Part shown: positions 11,192 through 13,072 of the stretch, piece after piece
Position numbering within the stretch: the stretch's first letter is position 1
Layout of the letters: every line of letters starts with the position of its first letter
Made by a program: the position numbers and the translations under genes
Notes under the pieces: generated by a model
Told to the model about the DNA's origin: nothing
The model's database searches: none
Seen by the model: only the letters and a program-made list of their open reading frames with translations
DNA from: Octopus sinensis
Taxonomy: Eukaryota
Assembly (NCBI RefSeq): GCF_006345805.1
Contig: NW_021826349.1
Location: 1-13,072, forward strand
Reading direction: 5' to 3'
Length of the DNA: 13,072 nucleotides

Positions 11192-11339
11192 TGTGTGTCA
11201 GCAGTGTGTTTGTGAATCGGTTTAGGGATATGTAACAGCAGTCGGATCAATTGCTGAAATTGCCATCAAGTGGCCATTTATCATATATTGTGGTATTATT
11301 TTACACTGGCTGACAATACAGGTAATAAGAGACACCAGG

Positions 11340-11595
11340 CTGCACTACCACCACCACCACCACCACATCACACCACCACCACTACTACACCTACTGCTGC
11401 TGCTTGTTACTATTACTATTACTACCACTACTACAACGACAGCAGCTGTTGCTGCTGCTGCGCCTACTGCCACTACTACTTCTATTACTGCTATCACTAC
11501 TAATATCACTACTAGTCTATCTGTTGCTGCTGCTGTTGCTGCTACTGCTGCTTCCGTTGCTGCTGCTGCTGCTACTACTACTTCGACTACTTTCA
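11340..11595. repeat. Mixed (CCA)n/(CTA)n/(CTG)n trinucleotide array
   Basis: Directly visible. Confidence 0.93.
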
Positions 11596-11701
11596 CACAT
11601 ATGTTGCACCATTAGGTTTGTCCCGACGGTTAACGAAACGACAGCAAGTGTTGGCAGTTTGGTTCTCCGTCGTTGTCGACGACGTGCAACTTTCATTTGA
11701 T

Positions 11702-11994
11702 CTCTTTTACTCTTTTACTCTTTTACTTGTTTCCAGTCATTTGACTGTGGCTATGCTGTAGCACTGCCTTTAGTCGAGCAAATCGACACCAGGACTTATT
11801 CCTTGTGAGCATAGTACTTATTCTATCGGTCTCTTTCGCCGAACCGCTAGGTTACAGGGACGTAAACACACCAGCATCGGTTGTCAAGCGATATTGGGGG
11901 GACAAACAGAGACACACAAACACGCTCACACACACATACATGCACACACACACATACATGCACACACACACACACACACACCACACACACACAC

Positions 11995-12034
<40 letters not shown>

Positions 12035-12100
12035 CACGACGGGCTTCTTTCAGTTTCCGTCTACCAAATCCACTCACAAGGCTTTGGTCGGCCTGAGGCT
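11702..12100 (-). mobile_element. 5'-truncated, well-preserved family A SINE with a (GTAAAAGA)3 tail
   Basis: TCTTTTAC x3 at 11703-11726, 3' body 11727-11920, CA/TA array 11921-12034, head fragment ACGACGGGCTTCTTTCAGTTTCCGTCTACCAAATCC...GAGGCT ending at 12100. Confidence 0.9.
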
Positions 12101-12360
12101 GATTAAACTAAATTCCTACACACGATTTTAACGTGCAAACATTAAGGTGTAAACCATGCATGAAATGAATGGATCTCCGTCTGTTTCCACGACCACCAAG
12201 TAAGGGCGACGCAACGAGTAAACTGGCCGAGTATTTCACAGTCATGTGAACACTCAACGTGATTTTCAGGCAATTTTAATGCGATTGAGATGCTATGATA
12301 GGTTTTAACCCGGTGTGCCAAGACCCGACCTTGAAATTAGCAATTACAATTCATTTCACC

Positions 12361-12519
12361 AAGGGCACAAGCTGCAGAATCGTTAGCACATGGGACTTAG
12401 TGCAGAGTGACATTACTTCCGGTAATGTCACTTTTTACATACTACGTTCGAATTCTACAGAGGTGAACTCTACTTTTCATTCCTTCGGTTGCGATAATAT
12501 GAAATATCATTCAAGTACT
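12361..12519 (+). mobile_element. Degenerate family B SINE with an internal perfect hairpin
   Basis: AAGCTGCAGAATCGTTAGCAC matches the reverse complement of 6216-6237. GTTCGAATTCTACAGAGGTGAACTCTACTTTTCATTCCTTCGG matches the B box and core. Confidence 0.7.
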
Positions 12520-12527
12520 CAGATAGA

Positions 12528-12780
12528 ATTTATTTACATTAATTACATTTGACGGATATTTGTCCTCATCTTGTTTGTTGTTAACACAACGTTTCGGCTG
12601 ATATACCCTCCAGCCTTCATCAGGTGTCTTGTGGAAATTTCGAACTTGAGTTCTCATTCCTAAGGTAATTTTCGATAATATTATTATTATTATTATTATT
12701 ATTATTCATGTCACTGCCTGGAATCGAACTCGGAATCTTGGGGTTAGTGGCCAGCGCTCTTAACCACTACGCCACATGTC
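12528..12780 (-). mobile_element. tRNA-headed non-autonomous retroelement with a hammerhead-containing (Penelope-like) 3' end
   Basis: A box TGGCGTAGTGG (12764-12774), B box GAGTTCGATTCC (12720-12731), (AAT)n 12676-12706, unique body, hammerhead motif, and tail ATGTAATTA-ATGTAAATA. Confidence 0.8.
12583..12628 (-). ncRNA. Minimal Type I hammerhead ribozyme motif
   Basis: Minus strand GACAC CUGAUGA A GGCUG GAGGGUAUAU CAGCC GAAA C GUU GUGUU: both conserved core boxes, 5-bp stem II, stem I GACAC/GUGUU, palindromic ACGU stem III. Activity untested. Confidence 0.8.
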
Positions 12781-13072
12781 CAGTGACCTGAATAATAATA
12801 ATAATAATAATTATGTGATGCATGTGCCTAATGTACCCTTATTAGACAGGTAATCATGATGGTATACTGGGGCTTCGTAGATTTTACCCCAGTGTCACTT
12901 TGATGGCATGCACTGCTCTCTCACTCAATAATAATAATAATAATAATATTAAATAATAAAATAATCAATAATAATAATAATAATATAATAATAATCATAA
13001 CAACAACAACAACAACAACATCATCCCAAAATACTTAGGAAAGAGACTCAGGTTCGAAATTCCCCAAGACAC
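12781..13072 (+). mobile_element. Inverted 5'-truncated copy of the same element, interrupted by an insert and cut by the window end
   Basis: 12781-12791 is the reverse complement of 12706-12716 (10/11). 13028-13072 is the reverse complement of 12624-12672 (about 42/49 aligned positions by eye). Confidence 0.8.
12813..12927 (+). mobile_element. About 115-bp retroposon 3'-end-like insert within the AAT array
   Basis: Absent from the mirror arm; stem-loop ACTGGGG/CCCCAGT (12866-12893); runs into (AAT)n. Confidence 0.5.

Noticed and set aside
10066-12131. Many YI/CV/HT/poly-L/T ORFs
   Set aside because: Microsatellite and SINE translations.
12295-12552. 85-aa ORF
   Set aside because: It mostly overlaps a degenerate family B SINE.
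12712-12780. Possible tRNA gene on the minus strand
   Set aside because: The anticodon stem does not pair well, so it is a derived head; the parent tRNA cannot be assigned by eye.

Overview
AT-rich, non-coding eukaryotic DNA with no supportable protein-coding gene; nearly every ORF in the track is a translated microsatellite or SINE. The repeat content (very dense di/tri/tetranucleotide microsatellites plus several tRNA-derived SINE families) looks like an Octopus genome. That assignment is an inference from recalled octopus repeats, not a database result. I name the SINE families provisionally: A (five copies plus a fragment, each with an internal microsatellite), B (several copies with different 3' tails), D (one full-length copy) and a V-domain-like fragment. 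The most interesting object is at 12528-13072. On the minus strand a tRNA-like Pol III head (A and B boxes) leads through (AAT)n into a minimal Type I hammerhead ribozyme motif of the kind found in Penelope-like elements (CUGAUGA-A / stem II / GAAA / palindromic ACGU). It is joined head-to-head to an inverted partial copy that the window cuts exactly where a second ribozyme core should begin.
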